DNA from: Eledone cirrhosa
Lineage: Eukaryota
Direction of reading: 5' to 3'
Assembly: GCA_964016885.1 (NCBI GenBank)
Contig: OZ024743.1
Location: 256,122,001 to 256,186,000, forward strand
DNA: 64,000 nt
This document shows positions 11,527 through 28,324 of this stretch, piece after piece (positions within the stretch are counted from its first letter, which is position 1; each line of letters begins with the position of its first letter). The translations under genes were made by a program, and so were the position numbers. The notes beneath the pieces were generated by a model. The model did no database searches and was not told where the DNA came from. It saw nothing but the letters and a program-made list of their open reading frames with translations.

Positions 11527-11927
11527 GGGAACTCTGAGGGAGGGTGAGATATATATATTTTGATGACAGCTACATTCAAGACAACAACTACAACAACAAC
11601 AACAGCAGCAGCAAATACCAACCAACATCACCTACATTGGCCGTAGTAGTCGCAGTGATAGTAATACCCATCTAACAACAACAACAATAACAACAACAGC
11701 AATAAACGGAACTCTGAGGTAGGGTGATATACACACTTGATGACAGCTATTCAAGACAACAGCAACGGCAATGTTAGCTGGGTATTACTATCACTGCAAC
11801 TACAACGGCCGATGTAGGCGATGTTGGTCGGTGTTTGCTGTTGTTGTCATTGTCGCTGTTATTGTTGTAGCTGTCTTGAATGTAGCTGTCACAAAAATGT
11901 GTATCTCCCCCCCCCCCCCCCCAGAGT
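11527..11927. repeat. ~150-bp inverted repeat with an internal direct duplication
   Basis: 11530-11678 is the reverse complement of 11772-11927. 11700-11770 repeats 11521-11590. Confidence 0.85.
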
Positions 11928-12064
11928 TATGTTTGTTATTATTATACTGAATCTCCATCGTAACTACAAACTACAAATTTTGAGAGCTTTCTCCTGCTTG
12001 CTCCTGTTTTTATCAAAACAATTTCTTTGGAAAACATTATATATATATATATATATAATCATAA

Positions 12065-12545
12065 GAGGTTAGAGTAAATTTAGGTAAAACTAATGTCTTG
12101 GTGAGACTCCAATCACTTTAGGAAAGAGACAATGCTTCATATGAAGAAAAGTAATAGGTAGAAGCTCAATATGTTGTACACCATGTAAATCTTGGGTACA
12201 CAAGAGGTGTAGCAGGGTAGCTGCCAGATCAACAGGAAACGTAGACTTTGTATGTAATAAATGCACAGGGATAGTTGGAAGTAACTTTATCCAAACTCAG
12301 GAAGGATCCATAGAAGTGATTACACCAAGAGCACAGTAGCTAGAATAAGAACAAGATGAAAAAGATTCAGTGTGCAACTACATCTTTTAACAAAAGATTT
12401 CTATCTATAAACAAAAGGCTGGCTGTATGAAGCTTGTGTGTGATGAGTGATATTGCTTGGCAGAGAGACATGGAGAGAGGATGTAGAGGATATATGAAGG
12501 CTGGAGATAAATAAAGTAAGCATGCTTCTGTGGTTGTACAATCTC
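12065..12545 (+). mobile_element. Highly degraded RTE LINE fragment (PHD/thumb region)
   Basis: tgggtacacaagaggtgtagc (WVHKRCS) and aaaggctggctgtatgaagcttgtgtg match the 8142 LINE. Confidence 0.75.
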
Positions 12546-12709
12546 AATTGTATATTCCACTTTTGGCATCATTTGTATGGCTGGATGTCTTTCCTAACAG
12601 CTAGCACTATATAGTGTACACTAGGTTTGGCACCACGAAGGGCATTTGGTCACAAATACCTTTGGAGTCCCATCTAACCCATGATAGCAGGAAAGATGGA
12701 ACAATAAAT

Positions 12710-13245
12710 CAATGATGATGATGACGAAATTGATAATGATATTGATAATGCAGATGATGATGATGATGATTGTGATGATGATGCTGATAATGAGGGTGAT
12801 AGGGCTGGCAATAGTTGGTGATGGAGGTGATAAGGATGATGGTGATGATGTTGATAACAACGATGCTGTTGGTGGTCATCTTGATTATGATGGTGGTTGT
12901 GATGATGAGAATGATGATGATTAAAGTGCTGCTAATGATTGGTGATGGGGATGATGATGATGACGATGGTGCTGCAGATAATGATGGTGATGAGGGTGAT
13001 GATGATGGCAATAATTGATGATGGGAGTGACAATGATGATGGATATGATAATAATTATGATGATGATGATGTTGATGATGATAATAACAATTATGATGTG
13101 GTCATGATGGTAATAGTTGAATGAAAATGATGAGGCAGATGATGATCACAATTATGATGATGATCATGGCCGTGATGGCAAGGATTGCTGATATGGGTCA
13201 TAATGATGATAATGATGATCGCCATGATTTTGATAATGATGATAA
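12710..13245 (+). repeat. Degenerate (GAT)n low-complexity tract
   Basis: Directly visible gat/ggt/aat triplets. Confidence 0.9.
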
Positions 13246-13538
13246 AATAAATTCATAAAATAGAAAAAAAACTACCACAACATATTTCTTTATAAATGTG
13301 TGTATTATATTTTACAGCGAGTTTTTGTTTCATTTCTTTCATAATTTGTATTTCTGTCGCAGTATTTATCATATTTTAAATCTCATTTTCAGATTTGATT
13401 TACTAATATAATAAACATATTGTTTAAAGATCAAAAATCTTTTGTGTATTTTGTGTTTTTATAATTTCCTTTCTTCTATTTTAATTCTAGCTGTAATCGT
13501 GCCAATACAATTTCTTCAAAATATCTTCAGCAGTGTTG

Positions 13539-13578
<40 letters not shown>

Positions 13579-13644
13579 AATGTGTGTATATATATATATA
13601 TATATGTATGTATATATATATATGTGTATATATATATATATATG

Positions 13645-13909
<265 letters not shown>

Positions 13910-13922
13910 ATGTGTGTGTATG

Positions 13923-13974
<52 letters not shown>

Positions 13975-14327
13975 CATACACGATATGAAAATATGTATAT
14001 TACTTGTATTTCTTGATTATTTTGCTTTCTATAGTTTCTGAAGCAAGTATTCAACTGAATACATTTAAAATGCAGTCTTAATCTGTTTGCTTCTCTTATT
14101 GTGTTTTTCTCCAATAATACCTCAGAAAATGTGATAGTTTTTGTTTTTGCATCCAAGAACAAAGTATTATTTGCGACAACATCATTATATTCCATCTTGA
14201 AAATTATACCCCATTACTCTACCTTTACTTTACTACATAGATCTATTTTAATATACATCCATACATATATATATTTATGCATATATATAGATACAAATCT
14301 ACATACATACATATGCACACACATATC

Positions 14328-14385
<58 letters not shown>

Positions 14386-14558
14386 TATATATATAAATAC
14401 ACAGACCTATATATATATACATATATATGAATGTATATATATATATATATATATATATACATAGATATAGATATACATATGTGTGTGTATATACATATGT
14501 ATATATATATATTTGTTTTATTTATATTTATTTATTTAAATTTCTAATTGTTTCTTAC

Positions 14559-14673
14559 AGTTTCCCTCTCAAAGTTTCCATTTTCAGTGTTGCCTTTTCT
14601 TCTTATAATTTCTAAACGAGAATTCCAATTAGAGAAGTTGATTACCAACAACCTAAGTCTATTTTGTAGTTTT
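14559..14673 (-). pseudogene. Putative exon of a decayed minus-strand multi-exon gene
   Basis: Acceptor ttttgttttag, donor ACT|gtaaga, open frame KLQNRLRLLVINFSNWNSRLEIIRRKGNTENGNFERET. Phase-compatible with the open frame 14195-14004 (MEYNDVV...QEIQ|gtaata). Confidence 0.5.
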
Positions 14674-16036
14674 CTAAAACAAAAGTAGTTTGTTTTATTA
14701 TTCCACTAAGAATTAATTGTATTATTTTATTATTATTATTATTATTATTGCCAATAAAGAAACCATTATTATTATTATTATTATTATTATTGTTACTAAA
14801 GCAGCATTAGTTGTATTAACTTTTCTTCAATTTCTTTTTATTATCCATTCCTTCATGTATACAATTAATTGAAAATATTTGCCATTTTAAGTAACCGAGT
14901 TCATAGTGAACATATTTATTTTTATTTCACGAAAGATGCTAAACAATTTCTGTTTATTGGTTGGCCAATAAAGAAATTATTATTTGAACAAAAGTTTAAA
15001 ACTAGAAAAATAATAATAATAATTCCTCTCAAATTAATTGTATATATATATATTTACACAGGTATACATTAATGTATGAATACAGACATACGTACAAACA
15101 CAATATATATATATATATATATACAAATGTATGTGTGAATACATGTATATATATATATATGTATGTATATATGTAAATTAATGTATATTTGCTTCTATAT
15201 ACAATATGGAATAGTGAAGCCACATGGTTTAGTGGTTAGTGAGTCAGTCTTACAAGTATTAGTTTGTGAGTTTGATTCACAGATTAGTCTGTCTGTTGTG
15301 TTCTTGAGCAAGACTCTATTCCACGTTACTCCAGTTTACTCAGCTACAGAAATGGGTTGAAATGTTACTGGTGCTGAGCTGTATCAGCCTTTGGATTCCC
15401 ATGGACACCATCAGTGACATGGAGAGAGGAGACTGATATGCATAGGCAACTGCTGGTCTTCCACAAACAACCTGGTCCAGACTTGTGCTTAGGAGGGCAA
15501 TTTTCTAGATGCAAATCTCATGGTCACTCATGACCGAAGTTGGTCTAAATACAATATGGATAAATGTACATATGTGATGTGTCTATATGTAAGTATATAT
15601 TTACATTTGAATTATATACATACATGTGTATGATGTATATATAAATGTCTATACATTTATATTTATGCCTGTGTATGCATCATGTATAAATGTGTATTTA
15701 TGTTATATATACATATGTATGTATGTGCATATGCATTATGAATATATGTATATCCATACATGTATTCATGTATAGATGCAGGTGTACACATTATATATGT
15801 ATATATGATTTATTTATATGTTGGCATATCCAATACACACACATATATATATATTCTATCTCTCTGCCTAGTTTCAATGTCACCTGTCCAAGATACTTAT
15901 ATCAGTACAAAACCATTAATATAAACTATCTCAATAGATTCTTCTTCTACATCAAAGTTCATACTTTTGTCTTTGATATTGAAGAACCTCGCCCCATATG
16001 TATATCAAAGGGAGAAACAGTATTATTTCTTTGATA

Positions 16037-16081
<45 letters not shown>

Positions 16082-16137
16082 GTATGTGTGTATGTATGTG
16101 TGTATGTGTGTGTGTAATGTGTGTATGCTTGCATGCA

Positions 16138-16192
<55 letters not shown>

Positions 16193-17129
16193 CCACCACC
16201 ACCACCACCACCACCACCACCATCATCATCATAATTTTATGTCCGCTTTTTCCTGTGTGTAAATTAATGGAGTGAACTGAATACTAGAGACAATAAATAC
16301 TTCTTTTAGTTAAATTTTCCTTTGAGTTGGAAATAGTAAATGAAATCCTACTGGCAATTGCTAGCATTCCTACAGGAGAAATGGAGATTATTTTAAGAAT
16401 ATATATTGGCGTAGATTTATATGCCAAGGAAAGAACTATCTGAGCCTTGTTTACAGAAGTTGGAAAACTTTGTAATTTTATGTCAATCTCCTTATTGACT
16501 TCCTCGGCCTAGTTCAGTCTTTTCATGCTGATCATTTTTTTACATTGTAAAAAATAGGAAGAAATCATGCACAGTACATATTTGGTGAGAAGTAATTGAA
16601 ATTCCATACAACCCTGACTCCTCATCATCATCACAAAATTAAGATTTGGGAAGGATAGACCTGTCTTTAAAGCAACCAAATCTATGATGGATCTCAGAAG
16701 ACAGCTGATGGGTGGGAACTTTAATTGATACAGCCAGTTGTTAGAGTGTGCTGCTCTAAACCTTTCACTGTGTCCATTATAACATTTTCTCTCCCAGCAC
16801 CCAGAACGTGTACAATCCATCTGATAGCCTTCCACACAGATTTCATTTACCCAATTTGAATCACCCCATGAATATGTTGAAGATATTTTCCCATAATGTA
16901 ATGTAGTTGGATCAAACCAGGAGCCTCAAGATTTTGAAGTGAAAAAGAGAGTTTCATAACTACTCAGCCATAATTGGGCTCTACCTTAGCACATATAACA
17001 GCAAAAATAAACCATAGTCTAGGATTCGAGAAATGACAAATATTATTTAAATCACCATATCAAATCGCATCTTACTTATATATCTTTAAAGAATTTTTTT
17101 TCAGTAGTGAAAGAAATGTGAAATAATTT

Positions 17130-17534
17130 GAGGAGACCTTATTTCAATACTGAGTGTATCATTATCTAGGATATAAATTATCATTATTTCTAAACCAGAT
17201 GTACCATTACCCACTGCCTTTCTGGAAATAGAGTGAAATGGTTTAACATTATTTCAATACTGGATACAGTACTATCTAATGTTCCTTTGAATATAGAGTG
17301 AAGTAACTTGAAGAAACATTACTTCAATACTGACTTACCATTTTCCAGAATTTCAAGAAACATTATTTCAACACTAAGTTATTTGAGTAGAGAAAATACT
17401 TTGATTTCTGGAAGCAACATTCTTAGGGATGGATTGGTATATTGGTTCTCACCTGACTCACATCTTTATCTCTGGGACATTTTGTAGCCACACGATGATA
17501 ACTATGACTACTTCTGGTGGCAGACTATATAAAC

Positions 17535-17571
<37 letters not shown>

Positions 17572-17714
17572 AAGAATGAGAGGGAGAGAGATAGAGAGAG
17601 AGAAAAAGAGAGAAAGAAAGAGGGACAGGAGAGAATTGTAAATATATATTTCTATAAATTTATCTAAATTTCAGTACATTAAATTAAGAAAAAGAATTAA
17701 TTGCATACACACAC

Positions 17715-17780
<66 letters not shown>

Positions 17781-18670
17781 TAGATAGATAGATATATATA
17801 TAGATAGATATATATATACATAATTTCAAAGATTTTGTTTTATTTACTATTTCATTCTTTTGTATTATATAACTTAAACATAACATTGTCACGATGTATT
17901 ATTTAATAGGATAAACATTTTTAAGTGCAAAATACCTCAAGGGCATCGAGGTTTTGAATGCCTGAGGCTTGCCTGTCCATTGATAATTCCACCAAATTTA
18001 ATAAGTGTTCTTGCTTTAATTACTGTCTGTTTATTGGAAATAGAAAGCTAAATATGGCCAAAAAAAAAGAAAAAATACACCAAAGCTTTACTGTAAAAAT
18101 AGTTTATAAAGAAAAACCTCTAAAAATATATAAAACAAAAATAAATTCAACAATGTCAGTTGTTATAACTCAAACAACAACTAAACGAATTTAATCCAAA
18201 ATTTGTGGTTGTATTTTTTAAACATTTTATTTATTTATTTGCAGTAGAGTTTCATTGCCCGCACTAAACAACCAAGGGTATTGAGGATTACTTCTATATT
18301 TGGATAGAATGTTTTGTAGAAGTGCTTTTGGTACGTTTATATTTTGGTGATTGAATTTGGGAAGTCTTGTTTATATAGGAGATTTGAAGAAATGTTGTTT
18401 CAATACTGGACCTACTATTATCCAGGATTTAAAGAATTATTTTGAAACTGGACATACCATCACCAACTGTCTCTTTGAAAGTAGAGTGAAACAATTTAAA
18501 ATTTAAAGAAATGTTATTTCAATACTGGACATAGCATTACCTAATGTTCTTTGAAAAAAAAAGGAAGTGATTTTAAAAATGTTATCTAAATACTGGATGT
18601 GCCATTATCCAAGATTTGAATAAACATTAGTTGAAAACTGATGTTATTTTGTAGAGAGAATACTTTGATG
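17130..18670 (+). repeat. Two related ~300-bp blocks (17130-17405, 18370-18670) of degenerate short repeats
   Basis: Recurring ttatttcaatactgga...cattatc motif. Both blocks end in gttattt.(a)gtagaga.aatactttgat. Confidence 0.65.
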
Positions 18671-19729
18671 TTCGTTTCGTTTGGTTGATCAATTGATTAT
18701 AATTTCAGCCTCTTTTACTGTTTATATTTCAAAATACTTAGATGTATTATTTCCAAATATTTTGATGTATTATTTAGACTACAACACAAAATGCTTTTTA
18801 TGGTTAATTATCCTGTGAAAGCAATGGGATAGATCTCCAGACCACATGGTTGCAAATCAAATGTCTTAAGCACACAGTTGTGCCTGAGCATTGAACGTCA
18901 ACAATTCAACCATTATTCAAATATGTGATAGGGTCTACCTGAGATTTATGTGAGTATAGAAAATATTCTTTAATATTCTCATTTTACCAAAGACAAGGGG
19001 TCAGAAATGACCATGGAGGCAAACTATGAAACTATGGACCACATGGCATCAGAACTTTCAGAAGGAACTGAAGAATATTGACATTTGATTGAGAAGCCTG
19101 GAAGAGAGAACATCTGGCACTTGATGTGCACACATGTGCAAGATAAACTGACTGGTTGACAGCTGTGCATTTACATTTGGGTTTAGTTTCCTGCAGCTCT
19201 GTAACCACATGTTGTTCTTTAGCCTACTTTGCTGATCACCATCATGATGTGGTACTACGGCCAAACTAGAGTGTCTCTTAGGGCCTTTGAAATTTATATT
19301 TTATCATATCAAAGACATGATATATATGGAATGGACATTGAAGTGGTTTCATATGAGATTCAAAGCTAAAATCACACTGCATAAGAAAAACATAAGCTAT
19401 ATTCATGGGACTGAACCTGAGCCCAACCTGGTTCCAAAGCAAGCTCCTTAATCATAGTGTCATATCCATACCTTTCTATATAAAAATGCAGAACTTTACT
19501 TAATACTTTCTTTAACCAATGCAGCTTTGACAAATTCCAAACACACACACATGCGAAGACAGATATATATATATATATTGCAGGACAAAACAATAGAGTA
19601 CATATATAAATACATTCCTTTAAATATAAACAAGTTTGGTATGAATTTTGAGTTACATGATTAAAAATTATCTATTATAAAAAAGATATTAAAAATAGAA
19701 ATTCAGCCTTTTTCAATAAAATTCCTTAC

Positions 19730-20019
19730 ATTATATGAAGAAAAAATTATCTTCTCCAGCAAAACTTCAACAAAATAACTGTGCTGAATTATCAATATAG
19801 CATTTAATTTAAGAAAGGTTGTGTTAAAATATTAATTAGCTATTTAAGACTTGAAGCTATCTTTATTCTGAATAACACCAGAGAAAATATATTTGCTATT
19901 TAATAAAGATACATGTTCAATCTTTCTTTTCACATGAGAGAAAAAGGAAATTGTTCAAACTGAATATATCAGATGATGATTAATAATGTTACAAGAAAGT
20001 TTGTTAAAAAATCTAACTG
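19730..20019 (-). pseudogene. Putative pseudo-exon with three in-frame stops
   Basis: Strong acceptor ttctcatttttctccacag and donor AAT|gtaagg enclose 290 nt: VRFFNKL...IYSV*TISFF...SGVIQN...YFVEVLLEKIIFSSYN. Confidence 0.45.
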
Positions 20020-22569
20020 CTGTGGAGAAAAATGAGAATATATAGACTAGAGAAGACACTTTACTCTTGCTAACAACCTCCCTAAATAAAATGCATCTAG
20101 TACACTCTGTAAAGTAGTTGGCAATAGCACAGATACAATATAAAGTAGAAATAAATTGATAAATTAAATTTACATTAAACACCTATGCACGCTGGCCTAC
20201 TATGAGATTGTATCTTATAGGAAGTTGCTTGGGCGTTTTGATGATAGGGATTCCATCATGAAAGGTAATGTGAAATGAAGCATCTTGCTCAAGAACACGA
20301 TGCACCAGCAAGTCCAGGAATTAAATTTAAGACATCATGATCCCGAGTCCATCACCCTAATCTTTAGATCACATACCTAGTATAGAGTAGAGATGATTCT
20401 TCAGCATTACCAAGTAGATGACAAATTCTCGAATGTTTATGCCATGATAAAATACATCTATTACACTCTGTAAAGTGGTTGGCATTAAAAAGAACATCCA
20501 ACCATAAAATTGTCCAAAATGTAGAACATAAGAACAAGACATAGTTCTCCAACTGGACTATGATTATCTACCCAACAAGATAGCATGGAAAGTGGATATA
20601 AAATGATGATAATGATGATGGTGGTGGCGATGCAGCTTTAAGTGTGAAAAGAAAAATTAACATATGCCCTGTGTGATTCCATTTAAAATCCAATAGTAAA
20701 TATTCTGAATGAGACCAGAGATATCAACTCTTTCATTAAAATATTCCTTAAATCACTGGCTATAATTTTTAAATGATCGAGAATTTGAAAGGATTTTATA
20801 AAACAAACTTTCTTCTTATCAAGCTTGACATAACTTCATAAAGGTTTTTATATAAAATTATGATGGAAGGTTTTTAGATAAATACAAACACTTTAAGCTT
20901 TTCAATTCCATATTTTTAATGAAACACATTGCCTATGGTTTTCGAATAATTTTGAAATATATCAAGAATTTGGAAAGGTTCAAACAGTTTTGTATCCTAG
21001 GATCAGGAGCAGTTTAATATGGTTTGGTATTAAAAGTGTTAAAGATTTTTCAGTAGAACAGTGATGTTTTAACCCTTTTAATATCAAACTATTTGAAACC
21101 ACCCCTGTTGTTTATTTTAAAGTATTTATATTTATCTAAAAACTTTTCATCATAATTTTATGTAAGATCATTTGTTAGATTATACTCTAAACACCAACTT
21201 AATAATGGGAAAATTAATTATATTACTATATCACTATATTCTTGATTGTTTTAAAAATATTTCAACAGAAATATGATAAGAAAAGTGTTAATCCTCAGAG
21301 TATGCAGCTGGGTTGGACGCCAAAAGACAACAGGTGTTATGCATGTCAAAATAATCAAGGGACGGCAGGAAACCACTGATCGTTATTGTTGTTATTGTTT
21401 AAATCGATATCAACCCTGATCATGCAATCCTATGACCAATGGACAAGCCAGCCATGATCATCCTGCCTTTGTCTATGTATATATTTTGTTCTCCCTTTTT
21501 AACATTTATTAATCTCTATGATTATAGTATGTATATGAGACAATGTTAGCATAAAACATATATTTGCAAATGTGTGTGCCACTGTTTGTTACAAACACCA
21601 CAATCACCTTTACCTTTATGACAGTTGTAACAACAACTATTGAGGTATTGATGAAAAACTGTCAAAAATCAAATAAACTTTCTGTGGGAAATCCTTATAA
21701 GAAAAAGGAGGAGAAAGTGACAGAGGGGTGGAGAGGTAAAGCAGCAATGAATGTGAGGAGTGAGGTGTGTTAGCAACAAGAAGAGTAAATATAAACAAAA
21801 ATAAATATATACAAAATAGATAATTTAATCAATCAATAAAAAATGGAAAAATGAAATAGGGTTTGAGTGAGAACAGGGGTGTATGGGATGGTGAAGGTAA
21901 GGTGTAGTGATTAATAACAGGGTAAAATAAATATAAACAAAAAATTATATAAATAAATAAATAATAAAACAGATAAACAAAATAGAGTGTGAGGGGGAAG
22001 GGAGAAAGTGTATGGGATGAGTAAGTGTTATGTGTAGGGGTTAGCAACAGGGAAGAGTAAAAATAAATGAATAAACATGTAAATAATAATAATAAAACAA
22101 ATGTATATATAAAAATATAGAAAAATAAATAAGTCAATAAAAATTGAAGCAATTATTTCTTGCATCGATTTATCAACCCATTCTGTGATGGTTGTTTGTT
22201 TACTGTTGCGTTCTGTTGTATTGTTGTTGTCCGTGCACTTTACAACCTCAGGGGAATTTTACAGCCAAATGGATGTTTTGACAGATACTGGTGACATAAA
22301 AGAAACAGGAAAAACACCAAAATAGTAAAACTAAAAAAAGAAAAATATGTCCTGCAGTGAGAGTGGGAAGTGTGAATAATAGTTGTACATGAGTGTGTGT
22401 GTGTGTGTGTGGGGGGGCATGATAGTGGAATATATATATATATGTGTATATATATATATGTATATATATATATATACATATATATATATGTATGTATATA
22501 TATATAAATATGTAGGTATATATGTATGTATATATATATATATATGTAAATATATATAAAATAAAACAA

Positions 22570-22659
<90 letters not shown>

Positions 22660-22829
22660 TTGTTTTATTTTATTATACATATTTTATTTTATATATATAT
22701 GTTTTATTTTATTAGATAGATAGATAGATAGATATATTTATATATTTACATATATATATATATGTGTATATATATTTGTATATATATATATATATGGTAA
22801 AAAGAAGTGTAATTATTATGATTATGTTG

Positions 22830-23345
22830 CTGACAATTATGATAATATTTGTCTCTGTTTTTTTCACAAGGCCAGCAATTACCTAAGTGCATTACTGGTA
22901 CTTTATTTCATTGACCCCGTAAGGATGAAAGGCAAAGCCGAGGTTAACTTTGCCTTTCATCCTTACGGGGTCGATAAAATAAAGTACCAGTAATGCACTG
23001 TGTGATTGCTGGCCTTGTGCCAAATGTAGAAACAGTTATTACTGTCAGCTAATAATTGTTTCTACTTTAGGTACAAGGCCAGCAATTACCCAGTGCATTA
23101 CTGGTACTTTATTTTATCGACCCCGTAAGGATGAAAGGCAAAGTAAACCTCGGCGGGAAAGGCAAAGTAAACTGTCAGCTAATAATAATGGTTTCTGATT
23201 TAAGCAAAAAGTCAACAATTTTTGGGGGGAGGGGAAAGTCAATTAAACTGATCCTAATACATTACTGGTACATTAATTTATTGACCCTGTCAGTATGAAA
23301 GGCAAAGCTAACATTGGGAGGATTTGAACGCAGAATCCAAAGGGC
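22830..23345. mobile_element. Cluster of SINE central-domain fragments in alternating orientation
   Basis: ttgcctttcatccttacggggtcgataaaataaagtaccag occurs in both orientations (22890-23150). It resembles the Meta-domain of MetaSINEs; also seen at 48700-48780. Confidence 0.65.
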
Positions 23346-23439
23346 TATAATTATAAGCTACAAAGCATGTTTAGTAATAATTCATAATTGTGATAATAAT
23401 ACTGACAATAATAATTGTTTCTACTATATTGCTATATTG

Positions 23440-25207
<1,768 letters not shown>

Positions 25208-25221
25208 TATATATATATATA

Positions 25222-25260
<39 letters not shown>

Positions 25261-25505
25261 GAAAATAGAGAAATTAATGTAAGCAAGGAGCCGACAGTAA
25301 TTTAGACATATAAGTGACTATTACGTCAAGATGAAAAATATTTAACCTAAGATATGGGAAAATAATTTAATCCCAATTCAAAACAAGTCAAGACCAGAAA
25401 TTTTATCCACAGACTTTGTGTAACTGGGGAAAAACCAATAGAAACTTAACTCAAAATAAAATTAAGAGTAAATACTTATCCGTCAATTTGCAAAAATCTA
25501 CAAAT

Positions 25506-25570
25506 GCACTATATAGACTTAAAAAGACTATTTCACGAAACTTTTCAGTGGGGTTGTTCGTCAGTAGTGC
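25506..25570 (-). ncRNA. Type I hammerhead ribozyme (family C) in (TA)n-flanked element 25257-25635
   Basis: gcacta-CTGACGA-ac...gt-GAAA-tagtct/agtcta-TA-tagtgc. Core intact, stem II weakened. Confidence 0.8.
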
Positions 25571-25757
25571 TCAACACGTTAACTATTTTCACAGCTAAAA
25601 TATGCCAGAGGGGAATTTAAAAGCAGGCTAGTCAATATATATTTATATAAGAATAAAATAACAAGTTTTATGTCTTTATTACATTTATTGAGTAGTGACA
25701 TGCTTTTTGCTATTGATCAGCTCAACTCGGGTGACCCTACAGAAACTGCACGATAAA

Positions 25758-25857
<100 letters not shown>

Positions 25858-26355
25858 TCAACATCATCATTATCATCGTTGTCGTGTTAACATCTGCTTT
25901 CCATTTGAGCAAGGGTTGGACATATATATATATATATATGAGCATGTGTGTATGTATACTTATATGTGTGTTTATATACATGTGTATCTATTTGCATGTG
26001 TATACTATAAACATTAGAAAGGAGACCCTAAAAATGATATATAAAGATAATAAAACTTGTGCTCTGGACATTTCTTATTGTCAACAGCTGTCCACAGACA
26101 TATGGCTGTCAGGACAACCACAATGTTTGATTTAGGGCTTAAGGTGGACATACATATAGACATGCATACATATATGCATACATACATGTATCTATACATA
26201 TATAAACATACAAATATAAATAGGATTTCGCTTCAAGCATAGCGTTATACAAATATGTATAGAAATTTCTAAAGAAACACGGTTTTAGAAAGCCGCAGCT
26301 ATGCAAACATCGGGGCCAACGCCCTCTGGTGGTGTCCAGCAGAAGCAAGGGGGAC

Positions 26356-26402
26356 AACCGTCTATGCATTTCAGGCTTGAGTCGCCTTCTTCAGGCTGGG
26401 TT
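26356..26402 (-). ncRNA. Minimal type I hammerhead ribozyme, core intact, stem I imperfect
   Basis: aacccagc-CTGAAGA-aggc(gactcaa)gcct-GAAA-TGCA-TA-gacggtt. Distal pairings ccagcag/ctgctgg and gcaag/cttgc extend stem I. Confidence 0.8.
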
Positions 26403-26570
26403 CTCCTACCGCTTGCAACTGCTGGTCTTGAAAACAGTTGAGAATATATAGTTTTCTCGTCTGTGTAAATGAGGTGATGAGATTAATCACCTCATTTACA
26501 TACAAATATACAAATATATAAAAAAAAGCCCTGGTGTTTACATACAAATATATATACACACATATATATA

Positions 26571-27322
26571 TGGATGCTGAATTTGCCGACGACATAGTTT
26601 TGGTGACAAACACAGTGAAGGAGGCAGAGGATTTGATGCAGGAGGTGGAGACTGTGTCAATTAGTGTGGGGCTGAGAATGAATAAGATTAAGACGAAATA
26701 TCTGGTGGAGAATATTAAGAAGCCAGAGAAGATTACTAATGTAGGCGGGAAGCTGCTAGAATTGGTTGAGGACTTCCTGTATTTGGGAGCAAAGATTGGA
26801 AATACGGAAGATGATGTGGTCGATAGGAAGAGCAAAGCTTGGGCGGCATGTCACAGCTTGAGATCGGTGTGGAAGTTGGACCTTCATAAAGACCTGAAGA
26901 TCTGCCTCTTCGTTGCTGTAGTGGAGTCTGTGCTGCTGAAACTCACTCAGATGGTGGATGGGTGCTACATGAGAATGTTGAGGATGGCTCTGAACATTAA
27001 TCAGTATACACTGAGGATGAAGAACTCAGAGCTGAAGGGGAGCCTCCAAAAAGTCAGCTCAAAAGTGACACAGAGGAGACTGAAGTTAGCTGAACATGCT
27101 CACTGACATCCAGAGTTGACACGGCACTCAGTGCTCCTGTGGGAGACTCTGCATGGACACATTGGAAGAGGAAGACCGAGGTTAACATATGTTGATGCCC
27201 TACGGACAGACACTGGTCTCTTGGAGACACAGGACATGGCAGCGATAATGAGGGACAGAGACCGCTGGAGAGAACTCGTCCATGGATCTCGGGAATTTTA
27301 CCCGCCCTAGATAAATAGATAG
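26571..27322 (+). mobile_element. Second non-LTR family (RTE-like), 5'-truncated RT C-terminal half
   Basis: [43 protein letters not shown]; (taga) tail. A 3' fragment of the same family lies at 40967-41171. Confidence 0.88.
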
Positions 27323-27421
27323 ACATATATATACACACCTAAGTATATATGTATATATATATATATACACACCTATTTTTATATGTATATACATATATAT
27401 ATACACACCTCTGTATAAATG

Positions 27422-27473
<52 letters not shown>

Positions 27474-27623
27474 TATATATATGTATATATAGTTAGAGAA
27501 GCCAAAAATTGCTTATTGTGATCCAGTTCTTGATTAAGAAAGCCAGTTTCATGGATGGTTTCAACGTATGGTTAGGGGTAACTCCACAAGTTTGTAAGAA
27601 TTCCGTTCAATCTTGGGGTATAA

Positions 27624-27947
27624 AGTATAAAAGAGAAAACACAGGTAAGCATTAAGAGAAGGATTTTATCCAGGTATTTACGACCGTTTCATTGGTAAGT
27701 GCAACCTTATATTGCTATACTGCAAATAGCAGCCACTCAATTATAATTGTTGTTCACAGTCCAAATTTTCAAAATAATCTATTTTGAAAATAGACTATTT
27801 TGAAAATTTGGACTGTGAACAACAATTATAATTGAGTGGCTGCTATTTGCACTATAGCAATATAAGGTTGCACTTACCAATGAAACGGTCGTAAATACCT
27901 GGATAAAATTCTTCTCTTAATGCTTACCAGTGTTTTCTCTTTTATAC

Positions 27948-27948
<1 letters not shown>
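27624..27948. repeat. ~325-bp near-perfect palindrome containing the 3' half of an HHR in each arm
   Basis: Arms of ~160 bp centred near 27786. GAAA-C-GGTC-GTA at 27882-27893 and its complement at about 27679-27690. Confidence 0.92.
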
Positions 27949-27978
<30 letters not shown>

Positions 27979-28324
27979 ATATATTTTATATATATATATT
28001 TATATATATATATTTATATATATGTAGATAAATCTACCAAAATATACGTTAGTGTCCAATCAGTATGAAGAACTCAATGTAATCCAAATATAATGAAAAG
28101 AGAAGATGTATTCAAAATCTTTTTCGATGAAAAACACAGGAAAACAGAGTCAAGATAAATTAATAAAAATAATGAATAAAAACAAAGAAACAGTTCCTTA
28201 TATTAAAAAATTCATCATTTTACGATCGTTTCTAGGATATATATGTGTGTGTTGGTATGTATATTATATAGATCTATGTAAAATTTTTACAAACTATCAG
28301 AAGCAATATACATACCTACACATA

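Noticed and set aside
12621-13124. Asp/Met/His-rich ORFs
   Set aside because: Products of (GAT)n low-complexity DNA.
18245-18330. Plus-strand exon with good splice sites (ttgcag ... gtacgt)
   Set aside because: Stops in all three frames and no supporting neighbours; a non-coding exon cannot be supported from sequence alone.
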